Positions 1 to 9,883 of a stretch of DNA of 64,000 nt are shown here, one piece after another. Every line of letters begins with the position of its first letter. Position 1 is the first letter of the stretch. The stretch is from Nitrospirota bacterium (GTDB taxonomy: Bacteria > Nitrospirota > UBA9217). The notes beneath the pieces were generated by a model that was not told where the DNA came from, searched no databases, and worked only from the letters and a program-made list of their open reading frames with translations. The translations under genes and the position numbers were made by a program. The stretch covers positions 544,001 through 608,000 of the forward strand of contig CAWFSF010000002.1 of the NCBI GenBank assembly GCA_963818475.1. Direction: 5' to 3'.

Positions 1-50
1 TAAACTGGCCCAGTCAGTATCGTCTCCTATTTTTACCGGACTCGCTTCTC

Positions 51-494
51 TTACCTGAATGTTCCGTCTCCTAATTCCCCCCGGAGATTATGACCCCATG
101 CGTACCATTTGCCATCGGCTTTTCTACCGAATGAATGGTACCACCCTCCGGCCATATCAATCCATTCGCCGGGATTTCCGACCTGAGTGGGCGTTGTTTT
201 GCTTATCAGGCTGTTGATTCCCAGTTCTCCGTGAAGATTGTATCCCCATGCCCATAATGTTCCATTTGCGTCTTTCGCCAGTGTATGGTGTCCACCAGTC
301 GCAATTGAAACGATTGCCGCCTGATTTTCGGTTGGGATGGATATTTCGACCGGCTCCGGAGCAGTCACGTTCGACCCATTTCCTATCTGCCCGTAAACAT
401 TATATCCCCAGGTCCATACCGATCCATCTGACTTGAGCCCCGCCACATGGTTGGCCCCGGCGGAAATCATGGCCCAATCAGTGTGGTTAGGCAC
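51..494 (-). CDS. RCC1/BLIP-II repeat segment of the giant secreted protein (frameshifted continuation; runs past the window start)
   Basis: Repeats such as SAGANHVAGLKSDGSVWTWGYNVYGQIG. Another frame at 1-50 continues the repeat (SPVKIGDDTDWASL). Confidence 0.8.
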   Translation of the reverse strand: MPNHTDWAMISAGANHVAGLKSDGSVWTWGYNVYGQIGNGSNVTAPEPVEISIPTENQAAIVSIATGGHHTLAKDANGTLWAWGYNLHGELGINSLISKTTPTQVGNPGEWIDMAGGWYHSFGRKADGKWYAWGHNLRGELGDGTFR

Positions 495-2425
495 GATTGA
501 GGGATAAGGGAATCTGTTGGGAAATTGTTCCCTAATTGACCATATGCATTATCGCCCCAGGCCCAGAGGCTTCCGTCACTTTTTATTGCCAGGGCAAAAT
601 TTGCTCCTCCTGCGACTGCAACCCATGTTGTATCAGGATTTGCATTGATGACATTGACCGGGATCAGTGAATCCGTTATTTTGTTATTCCCCAATTGACC
701 GAACGCATTATCACCCCACGCCCATAATGAACCATTGGAGTCGATAGCATAGGAAGTATAATTTCCCGCTGCTATTGAAATCCAGTCAGAGGCGGTCCCA
801 ACCTGAACGGGGAAAGTCCTGCTGATCATTGTTCCGTCTCCCAGCTGCCCACCCGCATTGCCCCCCCAGGCCCACAGCGTGCCGTCTGATTTGAGCCCGA
901 GGACATGGTCACGACCTGCTGCGATTTTGGTATAAATGATGCCTGCAGGCGGTGTTGTATCAAGAGTGATCGAAGCGGCGGTGCCAGCCGACCAGAGTCC
1001 TGCATTGTCCTGGTATTTTACATAAACGTTCTTTTGTCCGTCGTCTGAGGAGAGTATCCAGGTCATCTGAGAAACGAGAGGCAGGGTGCTCCAGGTGCTG
1101 CCGCTATCATTGCTCAACCCCATCGCGGCGACGCCGTTAGCATCGTATGCGGCCAATACCAGGCTTACCGACGCACTATTTGCATATAATGCTCCATTAT
1201 TAATGATTATGGTTCCGACAGGCGGTGTAGTGTCAAGAACGATGGTATCTGTACAGGCAGGAGACCAAATGCCTGCCGCATCCTTAAACCTCACAGAGAC
1301 CGACTTTACCCCTTCCCCTGAAGCAAGCTGCCATGTTTTTGTCGTCTGATAATCTTCTTCATGAATAGGCCACGCCGTTTCGTCGTTAGTGAGCTGCATC
1401 TTCGCGATACCGCTGGAATCCGTGCCTGACAAGGTCAGCGTTACCGTAGGATCTGTCGCGTAGGAAGCGCCGCTGTTGATGACAATGCCGCCATCGAGAC
1501 AAACTGGAGCCGTCCTGTCAAACGTGATCGTATCACTGTACACCTCTGACCAGTTGCCCGCATTGTCCATATATGTTACGTAAACAGTATTCGTCTCTTC
1601 CGACGCGAATGTCCAGGTCATCGACGTCACCAGTGGCTCAGGATAGGACCAATCCACTCCGTTGCTGCTCAGCTTCATCGCCAGGACGCTGTTCCCATCC
1701 GTTGCAGACAGAGTCAGCGCCGTCACGAGACTCGTCGAGTAGACATCGTTGTTGTTGATGACAATGCTCCCGACAGGCGGATCGGTGTCAAGGATGATCG
1801 AGTCGCTATACGGGACTGACCAGTTACCGACAGAGTCCTTATACTTGACATACACAGTGTTCGTCCCCTCGAAGGCAAGGGTCCATTGTCTTGAGCTTAC
1901 ATATGCTTCCTCCAGGGACGACCAGTCGCTTCCGTCAGCGCTGAACCGCATGGAGGTAACCCCGTTAAGATCAGAGGCGGACAGGGTAAGTATCGCGACG
2001 GCATTGGTCGTGTATGTGGCATCGCTGTTGATCGTTATGTCGCCGGTCGGTGTGACCGTATCTATCGAGAAGTTGGCCTGGCCAAAAGCAGGATTTCCCG
2101 CGGCATCAGTGGCCCCTATCCAGATTGTATGAGAGCCGTCATCAAGTGGACTAAGATTTTGTCCGGATGTTTTTTGAACAATTGCGCCATCGACTTTCAC
2201 GGCTACAACAGCGTTTGCGTCATCGACGGTATACTCGAGATAAGGCTGGTTGTTATTGATTGCTCCCACAGGCGATGTAATAACTAAAACAGGGGGTGTA
2301 GCATCTATTGAAAAGTTGACTTCCTTCGCCGCGAAATTGCCGACTGCATCGGTAGCGCTCACCCAGACCTTTATGGGGGCCTTCGGCAAGAGGGCCGACA
2401 TTCTCACCTGACGTTTTTTGGACAA
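467..2425 (-). CDS. Ig-like (DTTPP-type) repeats plus RCC1 repeats; frameshifted continuation of 2253..9125
   Basis: Repeated LDTTPPxGxIxINxGAxY units, then GRDHVLGLKSDGTLWAWG repeats. It joins the upstream ORF if one A is removed near 2371 (CATAAAGGTC). Confidence 0.8.
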   Translation of the reverse strand: MSKKRQVRMSALLPKAPIKVWVSATDAVGNFAAKEVNFSIDATPPVLVITSPVGAINNNQPYLEYTVDDANAVVAVKVDGAIVQKTSGQNLSPLDDGSHTIWIGATDAAGNPAFGQANFSIDTVTPTGDITINSDATYTTNAVAILTLSASDLNGVTSMRFSADGSDWSSLEEAYVSSRQWTLAFEGTNTVYVKYKDSVGNWSVPYSDSIILDTDPPVGSIVINNNDVYSTSLVTALTLSATDGNSVLAMKLSSNGVDWSYPEPLVTSMTWTFASEETNTVYVTYMDNAGNWSEVYSDTITFDRTAPVCLDGGIVINSGASYATDPTVTLTLSGTDSSGIAKMQLTNDETAWPIHEEDYQTTKTWQLASGEGVKSVSVRFKDAAGIWSPACTDTIVLDTTPPVGTIIINNGALYANSASVSLVLAAYDANGVAAMGLSNDSGSTWSTLPLVSQMTWILSSDDGQKNVYVKYQDNAGLWSAGTAASITLDTTPPAGIIYTKIAAGRDHVLGLKSDGTLWAWGGNAGGQLGDGTMISRTFPVQVGTASDWISIAAGNYTSYAIDSNGSLWAWGDNAFGQLGNNKITDSLIPVNVINANPDTTWVAVAGGANFALAIKSDGSLWAWGDNAYGQLGNNFPTDSLIPQSCLTTLIGP

Positions 2426-5400
2426 TTACATTGTCGAGTTTAACGACTACCGTAACTGGGCTTGCATCGGTAACGGTATAGGTAAGCGTGGGTTGATTAT
2501 TGTTTGACAAGCCTGACGGCGCGGCAATCACGACATTCGGCGGCAGCGTATCTACAAAAAACTCAATGACAGCAAATGCCGAATTTCCCGCGGTATCCGT
2601 GGCTTCAATCCATACGCTATGAGAACCATAGGCAAGAAGTTCAAGGTTCTCTCCTGATTTTTTCTCAACAATTCCATTATCTACCTTAACAACAACAATC
2701 ACTGGGCTTTCGTCCGTTACAGTATAAATCAGCTGAGGCTGACTATTACCAGCAAAACCTAGTGTTGGCGAAATTATCGTTACCTGCGGCGTCCCCGTAT
2801 CGATGAATTTAATGGTAGTCGCAGTAGTACTGAATCTGCCCGATGAATCTGCTTCCCGTACATAAATGATATTATCTCCATGGATCAAATTCGAGACCGT
2901 GCACGCCCATGTTGTACCTGAGATGCCGTCGGGATACGTTATCTCCCCGGTGGATGCACCTGTTGATACGGTTACCATCACAATGGCATCAGCCTGTTTC
3001 GTGCCGGTGATATCCTGAGTGGTCGAATATACTGGAGTCGTAACAGTATTAATTGAAACAACGGGTAAAAAGGGAGATAATTTCATGATAAAAAGATCAT
3101 TCCCCGTCCCCACTCCGTCCATATAGCCCGACGTAGCGCCTAGGATGATCGGATTATTTTGACTGTCGATCTTGATACTCCTACCAACATCATTATATTC
3201 CGAACCCAACTGCCTCGACCAGAGTTTTTCGCCAGCGCTGTCGAATACCGCAACGATCAGATCGCCATAGAACCCAAGCTTGACATTACCATCAAAGTTG
3301 CCTTCTGTATAACCCGTCACCCAAATAAAATCATCTGCATCTATAGCTATACCGTTGGCGATATCCGTCATAGTTGAGCCAACAATTATCGGCTGAGCCC
3401 AGAGCGGATTTCCATTCTGATCGTATTTTGCCAGAAAAACCTCGTCGCCCCGGCCGTTCGCGATGTTCACATTCCCGGTAATATAAATATTACCTTTCGT
3501 GTCAAGTGCTACTCCGTTCGCGTTCCCGCCGTACTCGGAATAGATAAGCTTGCCCCAAACAAAGTCACCGCTAGAGTTGTATTTGATCACCACAGGACAG
3601 TTCGGCACAGATTGTGACGTATTCTCCGGATTTACGGATGTTTGGCCGGCCAGATAAATATTACCTGTTGGATCAACGGCAACACTATTGACGCTGTCAT
3701 TTCCGTACAAGCCGGACTGGATCGTCCAGTCGGTGTTACCATTTCCATTAATCTTCGAGATAAAGTAATCCGTGCCGCCACCGCCACCGTACGTTTGCGA
3801 TGCTACACTGCCGTACACATTACCGACAACGTGAATAATTCCGGACGTATCGTCGACTGTCAAATCTGTAGCGGTGTCTTCCAAGGAATAGTTGGTATTG
3901 GTCGATTCAAGGTCTGTATTCGACCATATTTCAGTGCCCATGTACCCGCTATTCTTCGTAACATTGATGGTGAAGGTGAAGGTGGTCTTGGGGCCATGGC
4001 TCGTGTTGGTCCTCGTTGTCCAGGCCGTATGAACGTTCCCGCCTTCATCCACCGCTATTGCATTGCCCTTGCTGTCTATTCCGAATTGCCATGCAGGTGC
4101 AGGCATTGTTGTTTTATTGCCCTGACTGTCGTACTGCAGCACGACAACACCTGGCGATTCAGTAGTAACATTCGTCACAATGTTTCCACCAGCATAGCCG
4201 ATAGTGTAGGAATTACCGGTTTTATCCAGAGCAAGGTCGGAAACATATTCATCTTTATAAAGTGGGCCTTGCAGCATTCCTATTTGCCTGATCCACTCTG
4301 GATCATAGGACCTCAATCCGATGGCCAGGCCCTCGGCCTCGAATGTTATCTCTGCATAGGTTATATTTCCTGAATTATCGATTGCCTCGACTCTGACGGT
4401 GTTTGTGCCCGGAAACAGACAAAGGAGCCGAGAGCCTGATTGCGTAAATATCTGGATGCCGTTCACAAATACTTTGGTATCGCCTTCGGAAACAGTGTAG
4501 ATGAGGTCGGGCTTTGTGGTGTACGTCAGGCCGCTTACCGGAGAAAGAATCGTCAGAATCGGGGGGTCGGTATCGAGGATGATCGCGCGTTCAATATGGT
4601 TCCTGAACCCCGCCATATTTTCACCCGTCGCAATGGCAACACCATTACTGCCTTTCACGAGTCCACTTACAGAACTGCTCCAGCGTCCCGGCAAAGGGGT
4701 AATGACGGGCGCGGCAATGGCAGGAGCATCGGCGATAACGGTTACCGACATCCCTGTTTCTACAGATCCTGAAAGAAGAACACTCTCCGTCTTTGTCCAT
4801 ATTTTCGACCCTTGATCCAAAGTGAGCATCGGCAATCTGGGATCAGTCAATTTGTATAAGAAAGACGTAGACGCGTGGTCGCTTGATACATAAAGGTTAT
4901 TCGAAGCATCAAGAATCACCGCACGACCTATTTCCGAAAACGAGCCCATTTGCTTAGCCCAGCGCTCATTTCCACTGCTATCTAATTTAATAACGAATAG
5001 TCCGCCTGTTCCTGATGCACCGGGCAGACTCCCTTGCATTAAACCTGTCAAGTAGATGTTCCCGTTTGGCTCTGCAATTACATCAGATCCTTGATCAAAA
5101 TAGGTGCCCCCCCATTGCTTTGACCACTGATATACTCCATTACTGTCATACTTCATCATAAATATATCGGCAGTGTCATAGCCTGCATTCCATGCTGCAA
5201 GTGACCCATATGTTCCCCCAACAATATATACCCCGCCAAGAGCGTCAACGGATAAACCCCACACCCTGTCAATCTCTTCAGTTCCCCCCTGGATTACCCA
5301 TGAGTTTCCAGTCGGCTCGAATTTTGCCAGGAAATAGTCTTCATACCCGAGATTCCATTTATCTTCGACATCCCCGTCCGATGTTCCGGCCAAATAGACA

Positions 5401-8400
5401 TTACCGCCCCTGTCCAGCGCTATTAGGGTTCTGCGTGTGACGCTTGATCGAGTCGTCAAGATGCGCTTATCGATCTGATTTCCATTTGCATCGTACTTGA
5501 TCCAGAAAGCATGCTGGTATCCGTCGAAAATCTGCCATCCAAACAGATCTCCTACAGTGGTACCACTTACATAGATATCGCCTGATGTATCAATTGCAAC
5601 ACCATGAACTCCATCTGCCTGATCAGTTGCAATCTGTTTTGTCCATTTCAAAATACCCGCAGCATCGTATTTTACGAGGTATCCATCTCTACCCCCCTGA
5701 CCTACATTGCCGTCCACCCCGCCAGCAGAAGTCAAAGCTACATAAACATTTCCTTCTGAGTCAGCAGCAATTCCCCCTGGGGTAATATTGTTATCAGTGC
5801 TCGAAAGCGTTTGTGACCAAACAAGCATTCCGTTCGCACTATATTTAACAAGCAGGAGCGCACCCGAGGAAGTCTTTCCGGAAACATAAATATTTTCCTG
5901 TTTGTCACGCGTTAATCCGAATGTATTTACCATGCTGATAGTTTGCGACAATGCAGGATCAAGTATGTAAGCCTGCTCTGTCCCTATCGAAACTACGATG
6001 CGAACTTCAGCGAACGAGCTGAGATTGCCTATTCTTGCTTCGACCCGAATAGTATAAGGACCATCAGAAAGGTCGAGCAATGATCCGGTGAAAGGATTCC
6101 CGTTGACCGTGACTATAGGTGTGCCGTTAGTGACCTCGTAGCTCAATGGGATCGAACCAGTAGAATAAACACCTTCAACCGGCGAATGAATAGTGACCAC
6201 AGGAACCCTAGTGTCGATCACGAAACTAACAGCAGCAGAGCCCACATTCACTCCGTTGCTTGCTTGCACAGTTACGGTGTGTGTTCCTTCGGCAAGATCG
6301 AGATAATCCCCTGATGCTTTAAAGAGAGGATTATTGTCGATGATGACCGTTACTAGCGCATCGGACGGAACTACTTCATAAACAAGCTGGGGTGTATGGG
6401 TGGCAATAGTTCCGACGGTCGGAGAAATGATCGTTACCAAGGGGGCGACATCGTTATCCATGATCGAGTAGTTATGAGTGCTCTGCCCCAGCGTTGCGTT
6501 GCTCGGGTTTAGGAGGTCGACTAGAATCGATTCGTCTTCCTCATGCAGAGGGTCATCCACGATCAGGAGATCGACATACTTAACCGTATCGCCCGGACTG
6601 AAAACAAGAGAACCTGGAGCAAGCTTGAAATCCAAGGTATTCGTAGCTGTGCTTGCAAGGAGGTTAACGGTGTAGCTGACCGATACCGGGAGATGATACT
6701 CGCTGTTTAGAGAGACCTGCAGGCGGACAGACGGGGCGCTTTCGTCATTGGCTGAACCAGCCAAATTGAATCCGACAACTGGCTTGGGGATAGTGCTCAC
6801 AATCGTATTCGAAGCGATATTGTTTAGTTTACTTGTTTCTATGACTACGTTGTTCGGATCAACCGATACTTCATAGGTGTGGCTCAACCCATCAGTGATC
6901 TCTACAACAAACAAAACCATTGTCGCTGTCTGACCTGGAAACGACGTCGTGACGTCATTTCCAACCTTTACACGGGTGCCGGAAATCGGGTCAACTTCAT
7001 AAAGCCTAACCAGGGCGTTCGAAACCGAATTCTGCCCGGTGTTGTTGATCCTGGCGGTGATTGTTACTGATTCCGAAAGGGTCGTAACGAACTCAGGATT
7101 GAAGACGATGTTAGAAGCAATAATGGAGAGGTCGGGATCGGTATCGGTTAATCGCAGCGCCCTTACTGCCAGCGCCGTTTGGAAGGTACTGTGATTCCAG
7201 TTTCGGTAGGGAGATTCGATATCTTGGGTATCGCGAAGGAAGGTAAGACCATTATTCGTTATGCTCGTATCTGCCCTCAGTTCGCGCAGCGCAAGCACTG
7301 CAACAGCAGTATCATATACGGTACTCGGACTGTTCCCGAAGCCGCCGTCTTCCAAGTTCTGTTTGCGCTGGAGCCATGTTTTACCGGTTGATATTTTTTC
7401 CTCGTCTAGGCCAAAACCGGATCTATAAACATTGAATGCGGAAAGGACCGACGCTGTGGGAAGGATCGTGCTCGTCATCGTGTCTTTCCCGTTGCCGGCG
7501 CTCCATCCGTTATCAGAATTTTGATTCGCTGAAAGATAGGCAATGGCGTTTGTCAGTACGGTCGGATCGGCATATCCAGCGGAAGCGAGGGCTTTAAGCG
7601 CAAGCGCGGTATCCAGGTTGTTGCTTCCGAAACCACTTTTGCTTCCCCAGCCGCCGTCTGAATTCTGTCGGCCGATCAGTTCGTTCTTCAGGACGCTAAC
7701 GTCCTGCCCCGGATCGGAGGATAACGCTTCGATCGCGCGGGCAAGGTAGTCGGTATTTTCTATAGAGGCGGTGTTTAACCAGGTGAGTCCGCTAAAATAG
7801 TTCTGCTGCGCGCTGGTGAAATATTTGAGAGTCAGAAGTGTCTCCGCGGTATCCCGGAGCGTTGTTGAAGAAAGATCCTCCCACCTGCCGTCCGATTGCT
7901 GCTGACTGATGAGCCAATTGAGGCCGTCGTTAATGCTAACTGGCGTTGTTCTGAGCGTGAGCGTCGGAGAGGTAATGAGGGGATGCTCAGTCAATGACGT
8001 AATCGGGGACGGCGCAACTTCCATCATGGCCTTGCCGTCGGTCAGGACGGAAAATCGGGTGACCCATTCTTTTCTGATCGCTTCGATCCCTGCAAGGTCA
8101 GCGTTGCTGGGTATATCATCGGTGGTCAGATAAATGAACGCCATCTTGATCGTTTTTGAAGTCTCGGCAGCACTCGGAACGCGCTCTCCCATTGCGGCTA
8201 CGATCTGAGTCATGGAGACCGTGGAAACGAGGCCGCTGATCGTATCACCGACTTTGGGAAGTTGATTTTTGTCTATGAGAGGGTTATCGATCAGGAGCAT
8301 GTCGGGAACCTGGGTCTTGTCGATCATGCCCATGAGGTAAAGTTCAAGCGGGCTGAATATCCTCCCTATGCCTGAAACGACATGATTGTCCGGAGAAATA

Positions 8401-9125
8401 GAGGTAAACGTGCCGTCGCCATTATCCTGCCAGTGGTTCCCGTAGAGTGTGGAGCCGTTCGTCTCGAAGAGGTAGCTCCAGTGGGCATTGTCCTTGCCGA
8501 GCAGTCCTTCGCTGTCAGGGCTGTTCAGATCAGCGGGATCGGTCTTGTATCTGATATAAGCACCCCAGCGGTGCATCATCTCATGAGACAGCTCCATCAG
8601 CGTCTCTTCGAACTTGGGATCGAGCGGATCGCTGGTATGGCCTGCGATATTTGCCATTTCTATAAGACCCTGAAGCTTTTTTCCATTGATGCCGTAGCTG
8701 GGCCGGTAATCGAAGAGCTCTTCCGTTCTTCCGGGACCGACACCGATGCCCTGCACATCGTTACGGATGCCGGAATAAAAACCTTTTGCGCCTGCCTGCG
8801 GCATGAAAAAATCGAAATTCGTGAAGATTACGAGGAAGTCATACTCGTCTTTGTGAGTTTCGTAGAATTTCTGTGCTACAAGCGCGCGGGGATTGTAATT
8901 AGATGTGCCGTTGGTAAAATTGGAGAAGTAATTCTCTGTGCCCGTAACGGTCATTACCGTCACTAGATCAACATCGCTGGTTGATTTAACTCCAAAATTT
9001 GTCGCGAATGACAGAGATGGGGCCAGGAGGAGCGCCATGAGCAGTAGCAGTATAAAAGACCGTAGGGTGACAAGGAGATTACTCGTTTTTTTCAGTCCCT
9101 GTCCCATGCTGTGGAATATGCTCAT
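2253..9125 (-). CDS. Giant secreted multidomain protein: HExxH metallopeptidase-like, prenyltransferase/squalene-oxidase QW repeats, CARDB, Calx-beta, Ig-like, two SBBP-type beta-propellers
   Basis: RBS GGAGGAG and signal peptide. Motifs: HEMMHRW; QQSDGRW/QNSDGGW/QNSDNGW/QNLEDGGF; PDLSI..INNTG..VDPNNVVIETSKLNN (CARDB); LVFSPGDT..IVDD..E.DE (Calx-beta); AVDxxGNIYLAG repeats. Confidence 0.85.
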   Translation of the reverse strand: MSIFHSMGQGLKKTSNLLVTLRSFILLLLMALLLAPSLSFATNFGVKSTSDVDLVTVMTVTGTENYFSNFTNGTSNYNPRALVAQKFYETHKDEYDFLVIFTNFDFFMPQAGAKGFYSGIRNDVQGIGVGPGRTEELFDYRPSYGINGKKLQGLIEMANIAGHTSDPLDPKFEETLMELSHEMMHRWGAYIRYKTDPADLNSPDSEGLLGKDNAHWSYLFETNGSTLYGNHWQDNGDGTFTSISPDNHVVSGIGRIFSPLELYLMGMIDKTQVPDMLLIDNPLIDKNQLPKVGDTISGLVSTVSMTQIVAAMGERVPSAAETSKTIKMAFIYLTTDDIPSNADLAGIEAIRKEWVTRFSVLTDGKAMMEVAPSPITSLTEHPLITSPTLTLRTTPVSINDGLNWLISQQQSDGRWEDLSSTTLRDTAETLLTLKYFTSAQQNYFSGLTWLNTASIENTDYLARAIEALSSDPGQDVSVLKNELIGRQNSDGGWGSKSGFGSNNLDTALALKALASAGYADPTVLTNAIAYLSANQNSDNGWSAGNGKDTMTSTILPTASVLSAFNVYRSGFGLDEEKISTGKTWLQRKQNLEDGGFGNSPSTVYDTAVAVLALRELRADTSITNNGLTFLRDTQDIESPYRNWNHSTFQTALAVRALRLTDTDPDLSIIASNIVFNPEFVTTLSESVTITARINNTGQNSVSNALVRLYEVDPISGTRVKVGNDVTTSFPGQTATMVLFVVEITDGLSHTYEVSVDPNNVVIETSKLNNIASNTIVSTIPKPVVGFNLAGSANDESAPSVRLQVSLNSEYHLPVSVSYTVNLLASTATNTLDFKLAPGSLVFSPGDTVKYVDLLIVDDPLHEEDESILVDLLNPSNATLGQSTHNYSIMDNDVAPLVTIISPTVGTIATHTPQLVYEVVPSDALVTVIIDNNPLFKASGDYLDLAEGTHTVTVQASNGVNVGSAAVSFVIDTRVPVVTIHSPVEGVYSTGSIPLSYEVTNGTPIVTVNGNPFTGSLLDLSDGPYTIRVEARIGNLSSFAEVRIVVSIGTEQAYILDPALSQTISMVNTFGLTRDKQENIYVSGKTSSGALLLVKYSANGMLVWSQTLSSTDNNITPGGIAADSEGNVYVALTSAGGVDGNVGQGGRDGYLVKYDAAGILKWTKQIATDQADGVHGVAIDTSGDIYVSGTTVGDLFGWQIFDGYQHAFWIKYDANGNQIDKRILTTRSSVTRRTLIALDRGGNVYLAGTSDGDVEDKWNLGYEDYFLAKFEPTGNSWVIQGGTEEIDRVWGLSVDALGGVYIVGGTYGSLAAWNAGYDTADIFMMKYDSNGVYQWSKQWGGTYFDQGSDVIAEPNGNIYLTGLMQGSLPGASGTGGLFVIKLDSSGNERWAKQMGSFSEIGRAVILDASNNLYVSSDHASTSFLYKLTDPRLPMLTLDQGSKIWTKTESVLLSGSVETGMSVTVIADAPAIAAPVITPLPGRWSSSVSGLVKGSNGVAIATGENMAGFRNHIERAIILDTDPPILTILSPVSGLTYTTKPDLIYTVSEGDTKVFVNGIQIFTQSGSRLLCLFPGTNTVRVEAIDNSGNITYAEITFEAEGLAIGLRSYDPEWIRQIGMLQGPLYKDEYVSDLALDKTGNSYTIGYAGGNIVTNVTTESPGVVVLQYDSQGNKTTMPAPAWQFGIDSKGNAIAVDEGGNVHTAWTTRTNTSHGPKTTFTFTINVTKNSGYMGTEIWSNTDLESTNTNYSLEDTATDLTVDDTSGIIHVVGNVYGSVASQTYGGGGGTDYFISKINGNGNTDWTIQSGLYGNDSVNSVAVDPTGNIYLAGQTSVNPENTSQSVPNCPVVIKYNSSGDFVWGKLIYSEYGGNANGVALDTKGNIYITGNVNIANGRGDEVFLAKYDQNGNPLWAQPIIVGSTMTDIANGIAIDADDFIWVTGYTEGNFDGNVKLGFYGDLIVAVFDSAGEKLWSRQLGSEYNDVGRSIKIDSQNNPIILGATSGYMDGVGTGNDLFIMKLSPFLPVVSINTVTTPVYSTTQDITGTKQADAIVMVTVSTGASTGEITYPDGISGTTWACTVSNLIHGDNIIYVREADSSGRFSTTATTIKFIDTGTPQVTIISPTLGFAGNSQPQLIYTVTDESPVIVVVKVDNGIVEKKSGENLELLAYGSHSVWIEATDTAGNSAFAVIEFFVDTLPPNVVIAAPSGLSNNNQPTLTYTVTDASPVTVVVKLDNVIVQKTSGENVGPLAEGPHKGLGERYRCSRQFRGEGSQLFNRCYTPCFSYYIACGSNQ

Positions 9126-9167
9126 GACTCCTCCATTGTTGTAAGAAATGTCGTAATCCTGTCAGAT

Positions 9168-9593
9168 CTATTGCTGTTTACCGCTGGTTTGCTTGATCCG
9201 CGCGACAGGCGGTTTCGGCATGGCCTTTGACATGATCTCAATAGACTGCTTTCCATTTTCAAGCCGGACGATGATCTTCTCAGGGCCGTCCTTGGTCATT
9301 CTTTCGAGCAGCACCCTGTCTTTCGCGATCTCAACCACTCGGAGTGATTCCTCGGTCGTTTTTTGTTTTTTCTTCTTTTTGGCCGCTGTTGAATCCGTTC
9401 CTTTTTCTTCTGCGCTGATCACATCCCCGACCCCGACCATCCTGAGCTTTCCGTCGATGTCCTTGATGACAGCCTTCCCTTCCGGCTCGGAAATCTTGAC
9501 GAAATGAATTTTGTCGAGAGGATTTGCGTGAACCGGAAGTGGACTCAGCAATAATAATGCAGCTAGATATGATAAAATATTATGGCGTTTCAT
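9168..9593 (-). CDS. Secreted PilP / GspC-HR-like small protein
   Basis: Signal peptide (..PVHA). Pattern KAVIKDIDGKLRMVGVGDVI...RVVEIAKDRVLLE resembles the PilP/GspC HR beta-domain. Confidence 0.6.
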   Translation of the reverse strand: MKRHNILSYLAALLLLSPLPVHANPLDKIHFVKISEPEGKAVIKDIDGKLRMVGVGDVISAEEKGTDSTAAKKKKKQKTTEESLRVVEIAKDRVLLERMTKDGPEKIIVRLENGKQSIEIMSKAMPKPPVARIKQTSGKQQ

Positions 9594-9800
9594 ATAAACC
9601 TCCGGACAACATTGATTTCCATACCCGCTGATGCGATCATCCCATGATGCACTTGATGCCTCGTGGCGAGTGCTTTTCCTATTGATGAAAACCTATTGAT
9701 CCACTCCCACGATAGTTATGCACCGTAAGAACCAACGTCCCCAAAGATTCTGCGACTGATACTGCTCTGCTACATGTCTAATTTCACGTCAAAATCGATA

Positions 9801-9878
9801 CGCAACGGGTGCAACTACGTCCCCAAGCGTTCCGCAACGGGTGCAACTACGTCCCCAAGCGTTCCGCCCAAGCGTTCC
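9801..9878. repeat. 32-bp tandem direct repeat (two full copies plus a partial third)
   Basis: CGCAACGGGTGCAACTACGTCCCCAAGCGTTC at 9801-9832 and 9833-9864; CCCAAGCGTTCC again at 9867-9878. Confidence 0.9.
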
Positions 9879-9883
9879 AAAAA

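Noticed and set aside
7150-7930. Squalene-hopene cyclase or alpha-2-macroglobulin thioester call
   Set aside because: Only QW-type repeats are present; no DxDD or CxEQ motif was seen, and the context is a secreted mosaic protein.
9610-9690. Possible c-di-GMP-I (GEMM) riboswitch upstream of the 141-aa gene
   Set aside because: Lacks the GAAA-tetraloop P2 stem and the CGCAAAGC core; the same applies to the 16620-16710 leader.
9801-9878. Possible mini CRISPR array (32-bp repeats)
   Set aside because: Repeats are directly adjacent with no spacers, and no cas genes are present.
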